Shown piece by piece: positions 9,509 to 19,607 of a DNA stretch of 39,746 nt. The stretch comes from Bacteroidota bacterium (GTDB lineage Bacteria > Bacteroidota > Ignavibacteria > Palsa-1295): the NCBI GenBank assembly GCA_025363505.1, contig JANYDV010000019.1, positions 1 through 39,746 of the forward strand, written 5' to 3'. Below the pieces are notes generated by a model that did no database searches, was not told the DNA's origin, and saw only the letters and a program-made list of their open reading frames with translations. Every line of letters starts with the position of its first letter. The stretch's first letter is position 1. The translations under genes and the position numbers were made by a program.

Positions 9509-9516
9509 CAAAGATA
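9509..9516 (-). promoter_or_regulatory. Bacteroidota-type -7 promoter element (TATCTTTG) for livH
   Basis: Exact TAnnTTTG match 22 nt upstream of the livH ATG and downstream of the livK terminator. Confidence 0.6.
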
Positions 9517-9664
9517 CCAATAAATCGAGATGGGATCCTCAGATTCTTGCCTCAGAGGCACACGAGATTATACATTCCGAAGTAATCTTAACGCTTCTAC
9601 TCCATTAGAACATTTGGTTCTTCGCTTGTTGTGAATGAAAATATCATTACATTTTTGAAGCAAT

Positions 9665-9694
9665 AAAAAAGGGCAGTGTTTGCACCGCCCTTTT
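9665..9694 (-). terminator. Rho-independent terminator after livK
   Basis: AAAAAAGGGCAGTG-TTTG-CACCGCCCTTTT hairpin with A/T tracts. Confidence 0.8.
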
Positions 9695-9713
9695 GATCGT
9701 AATAGAAACAAGT

Positions 9714-10922
9714 TTATTTCGCGGGGGCTGTCACCGGAGTGTCGCCGGTTTTGAAGTCGGTTTGTGTTTCGCCGTTTGGTCCAATACGTTGTGCGAAGTG
9801 ATATTTACCATTAACAATTTTTAGAATGGTGATCGGTTTTTCTGCATTTCGTTGTGCATTGAGGGTGATCTTGCCGGTGACGCCGTTAAAGTCTTTTGTT
9901 GCAGCGATAGCATCACGAAGCTTAGCAGCATCGGTTGAGCCGGCACGGGTGATCGCTTGGGTTAAAATGCGAGCCGCATCATAGCCAAGAGCTGCCATAG
10001 CATCCGGATCTTTTTGGAATTTGGCTTTATATTTCGTTACGAAATTTTGAACCGCTGCATCCGGATCTTCGACCGAGAAGTGATTGGAAAGATAGGTGTT
10101 GTTGAACTGTTGTTCGGCACCTTTGGTGAGTTCGTCGGAGTCCCAACCGTCGCCACCCAATAGCGGCACGGTGATGCCAAGCTCACGAGCCTGACGAACG
10201 ATCAACGATACTTCATTATAATATCCGGGAATAAAAATCACATCGGGGTTGGTAGCACGAATAGATGTCAAAGCAGAGCGGAAATCTTTATCACCCGATG
10301 AGTAGGCTTGCTCGCTGACGACATCGCCACCGCTTTTACGGAATGTCTCACGGAATGCATTCGCCAAACCGATAGAGTAATCTTGTTTGGTATCTTGCAA
10401 TACAGCAGCGCGTTTTGCACCAAGCGATTTTTTTGCAAACGATGCAAGGGCATTGCCTTGGAATGGATCAATAAAACAAATACGGAAAATATAATCGCCG
10501 ATTTTCGTAACGTCTTCGTTAGTCGAAGCCGGTGAAATCATCGGGATTTTACTTTGCTGGGCAATCGGTCCGCCGGCTTTCGAACGGCTCGAAGCAACTT
10601 CGCCGAGCAACGCGATCACTTTGTCGCGGTTGATCAATTTTTGTACAGCAGCAGTAGCATCTTCGGTCTTTGATTGGTCGTCCTCACTTTTGAGTACGAT
10701 TTTCTTTCCGATGATTCCGCCGCCCTGATTAATTTCGTCAATCGCCAGTACCGCACCGGCATGAACCGACTGCCCAAATGTGGCAGTCTGTCCGGTCATC
10801 GAGGCATATTCTCCGATGATAATATCATTGCCTTCGGCGACACCTTCTTTTTTGCAAGACGAGAGAAACGTTGCTGATGTAAGTACAACAACAGCGGTAA
10901 CAACTGAAAAATATTTATTCAT
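9714..10922 (-). CDS. livK: Branched-chain amino acid ABC substrate-binding lipoprotein (LivK/LivJ family)
   Basis: Lipobox LSSC, IIIGEYASMTG, EIN..GGIIGKKI, PMISPAST, YIFRICFIDPFQG, GGDGW, ALGYDA, F.GVTG.I. ATG 10922 preferred, because the longer ORF overlaps the next gene. Confidence 0.9.
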   Translation of the reverse strand: MNKYFSVVTAVVVLTSATFLSSCKKEGVAEGNDIIIGEYASMTGQTATFGQSVHAGAVLAIDEINQGGGIIGKKIVLKSEDDQSKTEDATAAVQKLINRDKVIALLGEVASSRSKAGGPIAQQSKIPMISPASTNEDVTKIGDYIFRICFIDPFQGNALASFAKKSLGAKRAAVLQDTKQDYSIGLANAFRETFRKSGGDVVSEQAYSSGDKDFRSALTSIRATNPDVIFIPGYYNEVSLIVRQARELGITVPLLGGDGWDSDELTKGAEQQFNNTYLSNHFSVEDPDAAVQNFVTKYKAKFQKDPDAMAALGYDAARILTQAITRAGSTDAAKLRDAIAATKDFNGVTGKITLNAQRNAEKPITILKIVNGKYHFAQRIGPNGETQTDFKTGDTPVTAPAK

Positions 10923-11002
10923 ACGATGGTTTTCATTAAAAAAATGATAACAGGATAAAAGTAACTTCGCAATGCTCCGGAACATTCCGTATATCACCGA
11001 TC

Positions 11003-11653
11003 TTATTGTACACCCAATTTCTTGAGTGTCTTGCCATATTGTGTCGTCGGATACTCGGCGCGAAGGCGGTCGTACCACATCGAAGCTGCTTGAGTATTGC
11101 CAATGGTATAATTTGCACGAGCCAGTTTATAAAATGCTTGCTCACGCTTATAATTGGGTCCGGCTTTGGTGGTATATTCAAAGTAGGGCAATGCATCGGC
11201 ATATCTGCCGAGCGCATAGTAGCTTTCGCCGATCCAGTAATAGGAATTCGGTACTAATTCCGGTGGGCGGCCGCTGGTTGCGATCTGTGATAGTAAGCCG
11301 ATCGATCGGTCATAGTCGCCACCATTAAATGCTGCAAGTGCTGCTTCATAATTAGAGTAAGCTGTCAAGTCGGGGCGAGGGACATAATTCGCACCCCACG
11401 GAGTACGTGGGTAGTCTTCGGATTTGATATGTGCAACATCAAGTTCGGAGGCGGAAAGTGCATTCACTTTTGCAAGGACACTATCAGCACGATTCATTAC
11501 TTGCGCCGCTGTGGGCGAGTTCGATGGTGGTGTGGTTGGTTTTTGTTGCTGTTTTGTATTCTTAGCAGTTTTTGCACCCCTCGGTCTGCAAGAGTCGCAA
11601 CTGACAATCAAGACTACACAAAGGAGCAAGAGAGAAAAGCGATTGATGTTCAT
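11003..11653 (-). CDS. TPR lipoprotein, CpoB/YbgF C-terminal-like
   Basis: Lipobox IVSC, Q/P/T-rich linker, YEAALAAFNGGDY...NSYYWIGESYY...AFYKLA...LRAEYP. Confidence 0.8.
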   Translation of the reverse strand: MNINRFSLLLLCVVLIVSCDSCRPRGAKTAKNTKQQQKPTTPPSNSPTAAQVMNRADSVLAKVNALSASELDVAHIKSEDYPRTPWGANYVPRPDLTAYSNYEAALAAFNGGDYDRSIGLLSQIATSGRPPELVPNSYYWIGESYYALGRYADALPYFEYTTKAGPNYKREQAFYKLARANYTIGNTQAASMWYDRLRAEYPTTQYGKTLKKLGVQ

Positions 11654-11665
11654 ACGTTTGCTCCT

Positions 11666-12505
11666 TTAATAAAGATTAATCTTAAAACCAAGACTGAGTG
11701 CAACATTTGATCCCGTACGAGCAGGGTCGCCGGTGGTTTTAGCAACGGTACTTGTTCCGTCGAACGATGTGTAAGTATATTGGTAGATATAATTAGTAAC
11801 CTCACTCAAGCGAAGTTGTGCAAATAAGTCTATCGCACTATTTCCGTCTTCCGGTGAATACAGCAGTGGCAACTCCATACCAATAGCACCATAGAGTTCA
11901 AACGGCAATGGCGGATCGTAAGTAACTTTTGCAGTTTGAGTCGAATTTGAATAGGAAATATTATCCTCATAGATACCTTTGATATGAATACCACCACCGA
12001 CACCGATATAAACCGAGGGCAACCCTGCGCCAAACGATGTCCGGGCATTAAAGCCAAGGGTGATTGGAATATAGGTACTCGTACGAGTGGTGGTCACAAA
12101 ACCGCCCGAGGGAAGTTGATCGTTGGTGGTACCACCGATCGAAAGATGATAGCCGGTTGCAAATTCGAGTTCAAGCCCGACATACGGTATCTTTTCAGGT
12201 CCGTAGGCTTCGCCATCGGAATTGAGCAAATCAATAGGAAGCAATGGGATATCAAATGCCATATCCATCTTTGCCCCTTGACCGGTGCTCCAAAAGATTT
12301 TGTCGGCTCCGTTGTTGCCATATAATTGTCTGCCCCGACCGAGCCCATAGCCCCCGGAAAGTTTTACTGAAAAGAGTGTCGGCAGTGTCGAGCTTTCCTG
12401 AGGATCAAGCACATCGCCTTGTTCTTGTGCCGATGCCACTGAGCTAAGCGAGATGATCGCACAGCAGAATGTCAGGACAACGATGAATTTTGAATGGTTC
12501 TTCAT
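11666..12505 (-). CDS. Putative outer-membrane beta-barrel protein
   Basis: Signal peptide (ASA/Q), amphipathic strands SVKLSGGYG, YIPITLG, VYIGVGGG, YGAIGMEL, and a C-terminal aromatic strand VALSLGFKINLY. Confidence 0.7.
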   Translation of the reverse strand: MKNHSKFIVVLTFCCAIISLSSVASAQEQGDVLDPQESSTLPTLFSVKLSGGYGLGRGRQLYGNNGADKIFWSTGQGAKMDMAFDIPLLPIDLLNSDGEAYGPEKIPYVGLELEFATGYHLSIGGTTNDQLPSGGFVTTTRTSTYIPITLGFNARTSFGAGLPSVYIGVGGGIHIKGIYEDNISYSNSTQTAKVTYDPPLPFELYGAIGMELPLLYSPEDGNSAIDLFAQLRLSEVTNYIYQYTYTSFDGTSTVAKTTGDPARTGSNVALSLGFKINLY

Positions 12506-12517
12506 TGCTAATATCAG

Positions 12518-13282
12518 TTAATTTAATTTCTTGAGCCGAGCTTCTGCTCTTGCCCGGTACTCAGTATCGGGAAACGAAAGCAATAAACGCTGATAGGCAG
12601 CTTTTGCATTCGTACGTTCGCCCATTTTTTCATAAGCTGCGGCGATCTTAAATTCAGCATCATCGGCTTTCATTGATTCCGGAAAATTATCTAACAATTC
12701 GTGAAATGCTCTGATCGATTCGCTATACTCGCCCATTGCATACAGCGATTCGCCTTTCCAATAAAGATAATTCGGCGCAAGTGGTGAGCTGCGGTCTTTC
12801 CGATAAAGATCATCAAATGCAGTTAGTGCATCATTATATTTGCCGTTATTAAATTGTCTCAGCGCAGAAGTATATTCGTCATTTTGCGGTGTGGTTGTCA
12901 CCATAGCCTGTGGTGGCGGTATCGGAGCACCGGTGACATTACGATCGGGCTGAGCTTGCTGGAGAGAGCCGGATGGCGGAAGTGACGGAGCTGTAACTTG
13001 ATTGCCATTGAGTGCTCGTTCTTCGATGATACTCTTTAGCTTCATTATCTCACGCTCAAGCTCGGAGATGCGTTTGCGATCTTGACTGATGATGCCTGAC
13101 ATAGTATCAACAACCGTAATGAGCTTGTTTTGCACCATCAAGAGCGAATCCATCATTTTGGTTTGAGACGCTACTGCACCTTTGGCTTGCGACTGATCCC
13201 CGCGACGGGTCTGTTGCGAAGGACGACATCCGGAGATCACAACCAGTGCCGTAAGAAATACTAACGTCGATCTAATGGTCAT
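12518..13282 (-). CDS. CpoB/YbgF-like protein (lipoprotein signal, coiled coil, TPRs)
   Basis: Lipobox ISGC, coiled coil RKRISELEREIMKLK, EYTSALRQFNNGKY..A..AF, LAPNYLYWKGESLY, FPESMKADDAEFKIA, A...YQRLL..FP. Confidence 0.85.
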   Translation of the reverse strand: MTIRSTLVFLTALVVISGCRPSQQTRRGDQSQAKGAVASQTKMMDSLLMVQNKLITVVDTMSGIISQDRKRISELEREIMKLKSIIEERALNGNQVTAPSLPPSGSLQQAQPDRNVTGAPIPPPQAMVTTTPQNDEYTSALRQFNNGKYNDALTAFDDLYRKDRSSPLAPNYLYWKGESLYAMGEYSESIRAFHELLDNFPESMKADDAEFKIAAAYEKMGERTNAKAAYQRLLLSFPDTEYRARAEARLKKLN

Positions 13283-13344
13283 ATTGTAACTATAAATATA
13301 CCAAAATTCTATCAGGGTAGAAATCCCTTACAAAACAATATAAA

Positions 13345-13352
13345 CAAATCTA
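13345..13352 (-). promoter_or_regulatory. -7 promoter element (TAGATTTG) for the cpoB-like/OMP/TPR operon
   Basis: CGTAGATTTG on the minus strand about 60 nt upstream of ATG 13282. Confidence 0.6.
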
Positions 13353-13452
13353 CGAAGGAAAACCCCAACTCAGCCGTGAAGAAGCCCTAAATCTTTGTTT
13401 GCGAATTTGATGTGGGGTTATCTTTCCATTGGTATTTTTGTTAGACACAACT

Positions 13453-14862
13453 ATGCGCGCAAATCAACGAACGATAAAAAAGGTCGTACGGCTCGAAGGT
13501 GTCGGTCTTCATACCGGCAATTCCTGTACGATGGAGTTTCACCCTGCGGCTGCCGATTACGGTATTCGCTTTGTCCGTCGCGATCTCGAAGGCGTACCGG
13601 AAATACCGGCTCTAGCAGATTTCGTCACGGATATTTCTCGTGGGACTACCCTCTCACATAACGGGGCAAGTGTTCATACGGTCGAACACGTCTTAGCCGC
13701 CGTAGTTGGCTTGGAGATAGATAACCTTCGGATTGAACTCACTGCAAATGAGCCTCCTGTCGGAGATGGCAGTGCCACACCCTATGTTGACTCATTGCTC
13801 AGCGCAGAATTTGAAGAGCAAGACGCGCCACGAGGTTATCTGGTCATTGACAGCACCATCTCTTACTCCAACGAAGAAAAGGGCGTAGAGATCGTCGCAT
13901 TGCCGTTGCCGAACGATTACCGGATGACAGTGATGGTTGATTATAATAATCCCGCACTCGGCAGCCAGCATACGGGGTTGTTCTCGCTCGAAAAGGAATT
14001 TATTACTGATTTTGCCCCTTCACGGACGTTCTGCTTCTTGCACGAAGTCGAAATGCTTCGCGATCAAGGACTGATAAAAGGCGGCAATCTTGATAATGCA
14101 ATTGTCATCGTTGATGGAAATCCGACCCAAGCAACAATAGATGCACTGACAAAACGTTTGGGTCTTGAAGGCTCTGTCATCTTAGGTCAGCATGGTACAC
14201 TGAATAATAAACCACTTCGTTTCAAGAACGAACCGGCTCGTCACAAACTCCTTGACCTTCTTGGTGATCTAGCGCTCGTGGGGGCTCCCATACAAGCACA
14301 GATCTTGGCTGCCCGACCGGGGCATGCATCGAATGTAGAGTTTGCAAAAAAACTTCGGACAATCTTAAAGAAGAAAAAGCATCTAAAGAAATATACTCCC
14401 GGTGCACCGATCTTTGACATCACTGCGATCGAGCGCATTATGCCGCATCGCTATCCCTTCTTACTGGTTGATCGAATTCTTGAACTTGACCTTGAGCCCG
14501 GCGCCGAGCGCATTGTGGGCATTAAGAATGTCACCTATAACGAGCCATTTTTCACCGGACATTTCCCCGGCAATCCTATTATGCCCGGTGTGCTCATTCT
14601 CGAAGCAATGGCACAAACCGGTGGAATGCTAATGCTTGGTTCGCTGGGCGACCCAAGCTCGAAGTTGGTATATTTTATGGCGATCGACAAAGCTAAATTT
14701 CGTAAGCCTGTCACACCCGGCGATCAATTAGTCTTCGAAGTAAAGTTGATTCGCAACAGAGGAAAATCTTTTCAACTCTCCGGACAAGCGTTTGTCGATA
14801 ACCAACTTGTCGCCGAAGCCGAGTTAATGGCTGCCATTGTTGATCGTGAGGAAGCGAAATAG
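13453..14862 (+). CDS. lpxC-fabZ: Bifunctional LpxC-FabZ
   Basis: LpxC: QRTI...[38 protein letters not shown]. FabZ: [55 protein letters not shown]. Confidence 0.96.
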   Translation: MRANQRTIKKVVRLEGVGLHTGNSCTMEFHPAAADYGIRFVRRDLEGVPEIPALADFVTDISRGTTLSHNGASVHTVEHVLAAVVGLEIDNLRIELTANEPPVGDGSATPYVDSLLSAEFEEQDAPRGYLVIDSTISYSNEEKGVEIVALPLPNDYRMTVMVDYNNPALGSQHTGLFSLEKEFITDFAPSRTFCFLHEVEMLRDQGLIKGGNLDNAIVIVDGNPTQATIDALTKRLGLEGSVILGQHGTLNNKPLRFKNEPARHKLLDLLGDLALVGAPIQAQILAARPGHASNVEFAKKLRTILKKKKHLKKYTPGAPIFDITAIERIMPHRYPFLLVDRILELDLEPGAERIVGIKNVTYNEPFFTGHFPGNPIMPGVLILEAMAQTGGMLMLGSLGDPSSKLVYFMAIDKAKFRKPVTPGDQLVFEVKLIRNRGKSFQLSGQAFVDNQLVAEAELMAAIVDREEAK

Positions 14863-15674
14863 TGGCAACGAAGATCCATCCGACGGCAATTGTTAATCCC
14901 ACAGCAGAACTTGCTGATGGAGTAGAAATTGGTGCTTATGCAATCATTGATGGGGATGTAGTCATCGGCGAGGGAACGAGCATTTCACATCATGCTTTCA
15001 TCGCCTCGGGTGCACGAATCGGCAAAGAATGTGTGGTCCATCATAGCGCAGTTGTTGCAAATGTCCCACAGGATCTCAAATTCAGCGGTTCGGAAAAAAC
15101 GTATGTCGAGATTGGCGATCATACTACTATCAGAGAGTTTGCTACGATCCACAGAGCAACCGTTCATTCGACAACTTCAAAAGCCGGTACACACGACTCT
15201 ATCACCAAAGTGGGAAGTAATTGCTTAATTATGGCATATTCTCATATTGCACATGATTGTTTGATCGGCGATCACGTGATTCTTTCGAATGCCGTTCAAG
15301 TAGCCGGGCATTGCACGGTTGGTTCATTCGTAACGATCGGCGGTCTTACCGGTGTTCATCAATTCTCAATGATCGGTGCGTACTCAATGGTAGGTGCTGC
15401 GTTAATGCTCACCAAAGATGCACCGCCTTATTCGTTGATCGCAGACGAACCCCCGCGTTTTGTTGGTGTCAATAAAATCGGATTAGAGCGCCGAGGATTT
15501 ACGAAAGAGGCTATTCAGAACATTCGGGATGCATATAAAACTATTTATTTCGCAGGTTTGAATTTCACTGATGCAATGACTACCATCGAAACAAATCAGC
15601 ATTTGAATATTGCTGAGGTACAAGTGATCCTCGATTTTTATCGTAACTCCGATCGTGGTGTAATTGGCGGATAA
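14862..15674 (+). CDS. lpxA: Acyl-ACP--UDP-GlcNAc O-acyltransferase
   Basis: IHPTAIV, hexapeptide repeats, PQDLKF, IREFATIHR, MAYSHIAHDC, HQF, DAPPY, N.IGLERRGF. Confidence 0.96.
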   Translation: MATKIHPTAIVNPTAELADGVEIGAYAIIDGDVVIGEGTSISHHAFIASGARIGKECVVHHSAVVANVPQDLKFSGSEKTYVEIGDHTTIREFATIHRATVHSTTSKAGTHDSITKVGSNCLIMAYSHIAHDCLIGDHVILSNAVQVAGHCTVGSFVTIGGLTGVHQFSMIGAYSMVGAALMLTKDAPPYSLIADEPPRFVGVNKIGLERRGFTKEAIQNIRDAYKTIYFAGLNFTDAMTTIETNQHLNIAEVQVILDFYRNSDRGVIGG

Positions 15675-15734
15675 ACTCCTTCTTGATTAATTATACTTTA
15701 TTTTCATTTCCTTTTCTATTTCATTTCTTTTAAA

Positions 15735-15774
15735 AACAAAAAAGCCCCACTCGTAATGAGCGGGGCTTTTTGTT
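15735..15774. terminator. Bidirectional Rho-independent terminator between convergent lpxA and the large surface-protein gene
   Basis: AACAAAAAAGCCCCACTC-GTAAT-GAGCGGGGCTTTTTGTT. Confidence 0.88.
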
Positions 15775-15791
15775 AATGATCTCTTGAGCGA

Positions 15792-18700
15792 TTATTTCGA
15801 CAAGTTCATCTTACGGGTCGCTGTGTAGGATCCGCTATTGATCTTGTAGAGGTACGAACCACTTGCGAGTTCGTTACCGGCATCGTCTTTCGCGTCAAAA
15901 TGAACGGTTGTAGTACCGGTCTTGACATAACCATCGACAAGCGTACGGACGACCTGACCAAGCGTGTTATAGATCACGAGTTTGGTTGGTGCGCCTTCAG
16001 GCAATGTGAAGCTGATGTCAGTTGACGGATTGAACGGATTCGGATAGTTCTGTTCCAACGTAAAGTTCGTTGGAGCACCGATCTCAACATTAACCGTATT
16101 GGTGACATGTTGGCTACCATCAAGATCCATCTGGGTCAAGCGATAGGTATATGTACCAGGTGTGACGTTGCGATCAACGAATGAATATCCGGTTTCGGTA
16201 TTAGAGTTAACCTTACCATTGACGAATGAAATCTTTTCGAAGAATCCGTCAGCTTGGTCAACACGGCGGCGTTCTACGAAGAAGCCTTGGTTGTTCTTTT
16301 CCTGAGCGGTAGCCCATGTGAGAACAGCTTTGCCGTTATCGTTTTTGCCATGCAAGTAAGTAAGCTCGACCGGCAAGATACCGGTTTGGCTAACCATTGT
16401 ACGAATCATAGGATTGTACGAACCTGCATTGTTCCAATAGAACGGTGCAAAGAATCCATCTCCGCAAGGATTACAGATATAAGTACCCCATGCGAGGTAG
16501 TTGCTGAATGCCGATGGATACATCGGAGGCCAGAAGCCGCTACCCGGTGTCCAAAGTGCCCAGTTACCACTGTTGGCAATATTTTCCATTGCATAGACGC
16601 AAGAGATATCACCAATGTTGAGATCCTGACCAATATTCGTTCCGAACGGATCACTATAGATCGGCGGAATGATTGGTACCTGTGGGCTTGTGACAACGAT
16701 ACGACCACCACCACGAGAGATATCAGCACCCATAAAGTAGTTGTTCAAAGACAACTGACTTACAGAAGCCCAATAAATACCAGGTGCCAATACGATCGGA
16801 GTTGGGAAGTAATACGGCCAGTATTGATCGAAGAGCTGACCTTTACGGGTCTCTGGGATCAATGCATTGAATACGGTATCCTGTCCTGGGATACAGCTTC
16901 CTTCTTTACCCTTGAAGATCGTCAAACGGATCGGATCATCTGCCTGGTTACCGGCTGCGAAGTATACGCGAAGACCATAGAGAGTATCTTTGGTGATCAA
17001 ACGGAACTTCATAGCCATACTACCAGAAAGATCATGATAACCAACACCACGTGACTGTTGCTGTGAAATGATTCTTGCAGAACCACTACCTGATGCAGTC
17101 AAATCAACAAGTGCTGTTCCAGGAGCGTCGTTGCTACCGTCATCATAAGCAAATTCTTGCGGTGATCCCGGCTGACCGGCATCAAGGAAGAAGTCTGTGT
17201 ATGTACCATTATCCTGTGTATAAGAATCATACGAAGATGTAGCAAGGAATGCATGGATACGGAACATACCGCCCGTACCGGCATTCTGAGCATTCCAAGC
17301 CGGCATCGTGATTGTTGTATCAGTACCTGCGCGGAGCGAGGTAACAGTCTGCAACGCCCAATACACCGTGTTTTGGTTCGGATCAAGGATCTGAACGCGA
17401 ACAGGGAATGCGATAGCCACATCAGAAGAATTATTTGCTAAGTGCACATAGACCGGAAGCGAAACCGCTTGTGACATTGGTAAATGTGTGTAAGGCGTGA
17501 CAGCGCGAACCCACATTACTTCAATCTCTGGTTTACGTGGTACTTGCAAAGAAAGATTATCGACGAACCATGCATCCGGATCATCATCCGGAGGATATGC
17601 GCCGTTATCGTTTGCCTTCAAGCGAAGACGGAAACGGAAATTATTCGTCAAATAAGTAAATGACGGAGTACTGAATGCATCGAGACGTACACTATAGTGC
17701 TGGAACTCGAAATCATTACCACCATCAATCTGACCAACTTGTACCCAACCACCCGCTGACGGGTTACAGGCAGGCTCAGCAGGTTTTTTGAATTCGATAA
17801 TCATTGAATCACCGGCACGAACTACTGAGTTGCTGGAGTTCAACATTGTTTTTTCCGCACCCTGAAGTACGTTTCCATCCCAATAGAGTGGGAAGTTGAT
17901 CTTACCGGTTCTCTGATAATCAAAAGCAACAGAGCCTTTGGTCTGACCACCGATATTGAACGGGAAGCTGATGAGTGTATCACCGGTACGTGTACCGCTG
18001 TAAATATTACCAGCTTGATCAAGACGATCGAACATAATCACAGGATCCAACATTTGGTTGGTTCCTACGCCGCTACCTGCTTCATAACGTGGTGGTGGCG
18101 GATCAAAAGTATTAATATCACCTTCTTCTACGGTCGGTCCGATAGCAACCCACTTCGTTTGGTCAGGAAGTGCAAAGTTGATCGTTGCAGCGTAGTTATC
18201 TGAAGGATCGTTAAACGGAAGTGCTGTTGTACGAATACCGAATACACGAATACAAACGGTATCGTCAAAAGGCCAACGGTCACCGATATAGTTATCGTTA
18301 CCATCATAGCTCGTAGCAACTGCGCAAGCATTGAAGGTTCCGAGCTGGTTCAAGATGTTCGGGTTGGTTGCATAGGTAGCAAAATCACCCGTTGCAGTTG
18401 AAACCTGACCTGAAGGTAATACACTATTAAGGGTAAACACACGACCATATACAGCAACGCCTGTTACAACGTTACGAATCTGGAATTTCACTTTGAACGT
18501 TTGCGTGTTCAAACTGACGTTCTTGTATGTTGCCTTCGGAGCGACTGTTGTTCCGAGACAGATCTCGTAGTTACGTGTCGGGAAATCAACTGAGATAGCG
18601 CGAACAATGTTTTTCCAACGAACAAGCTTTACAGCATACTGTCCGCCTTGTTTGAAATCTTTGTTACAAATCTTACAATTGATATTCGATGTTGCATCCC

Positions 18701-19607
18701 AACGACCTTTACCAGAATGGGTTCCGGTATTGACCGATGTGAATTCTGCACGGGTCTCATTCATTACACCGATTGTTGAGTTGCGCTGGAATACACGAGC
18801 AGCAGTAACAACAGGCAATGTAAAGATCTGACCGGCGAACGGACCATAGTTGATCTGAACGCTTGAGTCAGTACGAGTAAATACGACCTGCATCTTTTGG
18901 ATGAACAGAGCATCTCTACCACGACCGTTTTCGATGAAGTTCTGATGACCAGATAACGTGCTCATACGTAAATTATAAAAATTTACATAGAATGTATCAA
19001 GCGCAGGGCTGGTACGAACGTAGACTTTTGTTGAGTCATTGCCGGTGACGAATGCAAGATCAGCAAACATTGCAGCAATGATACCTTGAGGAACTCCGCT
19101 CGGCGTATTCTTCATATCAGCGATCGGAGACTGTTTATTCGGCTGTGAATATAACGGTGGCGAACCGGCTAAGCCTTCAGAACGTGGACGGAACCCAAGA
19201 TACCCATTTGAAGAAATGGTGACCGAGTCATAATTTTGACTAAAGAAATTAAAGGTAAATCCGATAGGAAGCGGACCTGCCAAGCAATTGTCAATAGTAT
19301 CCATCGTGTTGAGATTCGCGACTTGATCCGGACGATAGAAGAAATAATTCTGTTCGCCTGGAGCAGAGAACTGACGCGGACCGCTTCTGACACGATGCCA
19401 GAGGAAAGGTTGATACGAAGTATCAACAAAGTAATAGTTCGGGCGCCATGGCAATGGAGCGTCATCGTCCGTATCAACAGCATAGTAGCCTGTTGAAAGA
19501 ACGTTGGGCTCACCGCGGCGGCTTCCCTGCGCAAACGAACGATCTGCTCCGAAAAGCATTACGCTCACCAACGCCAGAAGTGCAAGAGATAGTAGCCGAT
19601 TTTTCAT
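15792..19607 (-). CDS. 1271-aa secreted multidomain surface protein with T9SS type A/FlgD-Ig-like C-terminal domain
   Basis: Signal peptide (SFA/Q), nidogen-like motif LPIGFTFNFF...YDSVTISSNGYLGF, Ig/CARDB-like segments, LPVEL + LTWATAQEKNNQGFFVER Ig module, and C-terminal LEQNYPNPFNPST...LVIYNTLGQVVRTLV...LASGSYLYKI...TRKM. Confidence 0.88.
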   Translation of the reverse strand: MKNRLLSLALLALVSVMLFGADRSFAQGSRRGEPNVLSTGYYAVDTDDDAPLPWRPNYYFVDTSYQPFLWHRVRSGPRQFSAPGEQNYFFYRPDQVANLNTMDTIDNCLAGPLPIGFTFNFFSQNYDSVTISSNGYLGFRPRSEGLAGSPPLYSQPNKQSPIADMKNTPSGVPQGIIAAMFADLAFVTGNDSTKVYVRTSPALDTFYVNFYNLRMSTLSGHQNFIENGRGRDALFIQKMQVVFTRTDSSVQINYGPFAGQIFTLPVVTAARVFQRNSTIGVMNETRAEFTSVNTGTHSGKGRWDATSNINCKICNKDFKQGGQYAVKLVRWKNIVRAISVDFPTRNYEICLGTTVAPKATYKNVSLNTQTFKVKFQIRNVVTGVAVYGRVFTLNSVLPSGQVSTATGDFATYATNPNILNQLGTFNACAVATSYDGNDNYIGDRWPFDDTVCIRVFGIRTTALPFNDPSDNYAATINFALPDQTKWVAIGPTVEEGDINTFDPPPPRYEAGSGVGTNQMLDPVIMFDRLDQAGNIYSGTRTGDTLISFPFNIGGQTKGSVAFDYQRTGKINFPLYWDGNVLQGAEKTMLNSSNSVVRAGDSMIIEFKKPAEPACNPSAGGWVQVGQIDGGNDFEFQHYSVRLDAFSTPSFTYLTNNFRFRLRLKANDNGAYPPDDDPDAWFVDNLSLQVPRKPEIEVMWVRAVTPYTHLPMSQAVSLPVYVHLANNSSDVAIAFPVRVQILDPNQNTVYWALQTVTSLRAGTDTTITMPAWNAQNAGTGGMFRIHAFLATSSYDSYTQDNGTYTDFFLDAGQPGSPQEFAYDDGSNDAPGTALVDLTASGSGSARIISQQQSRGVGYHDLSGSMAMKFRLITKDTLYGLRVYFAAGNQADDPIRLTIFKGKEGSCIPGQDTVFNALIPETRKGQLFDQYWPYYFPTPIVLAPGIYWASVSQLSLNNYFMGADISRGGGRIVVTSPQVPIIPPIYSDPFGTNIGQDLNIGDISCVYAMENIANSGNWALWTPGSGFWPPMYPSAFSNYLAWGTYICNPCGDGFFAPFYWNNAGSYNPMIRTMVSQTGILPVELTYLHGKNDNGKAVLTWATAQEKNNQGFFVERRRVDQADGFFEKISFVNGKVNSNTETGYSFVDRNVTPGTYTYRLTQMDLDGSQHVTNTVNVEIGAPTNFTLEQNYPNPFNPSTDISFTLPEGAPTKLVIYNTLGQVVRTLVDGYVKTGTTTVHFDAKDDAGNELASGSYLYKINSGSYTATRKMNLSK

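Noticed and set aside
10923-11078. N-terminal extension of livK in the ORF track
   Set aside because: It overlaps the upstream TPR gene, and the lipoprotein signal begins at ATG 10922.
13453-14862. LpxC-FabZ fusion as a novelty
   Set aside because: Well known in Bacteroidota/Chlorobiota. Useful only as a taxonomic marker.
16254-17054. 266-aa plus-strand ORF
   Set aside because: Antisense shadow of the 1271-aa surface protein, with no recognisable features.
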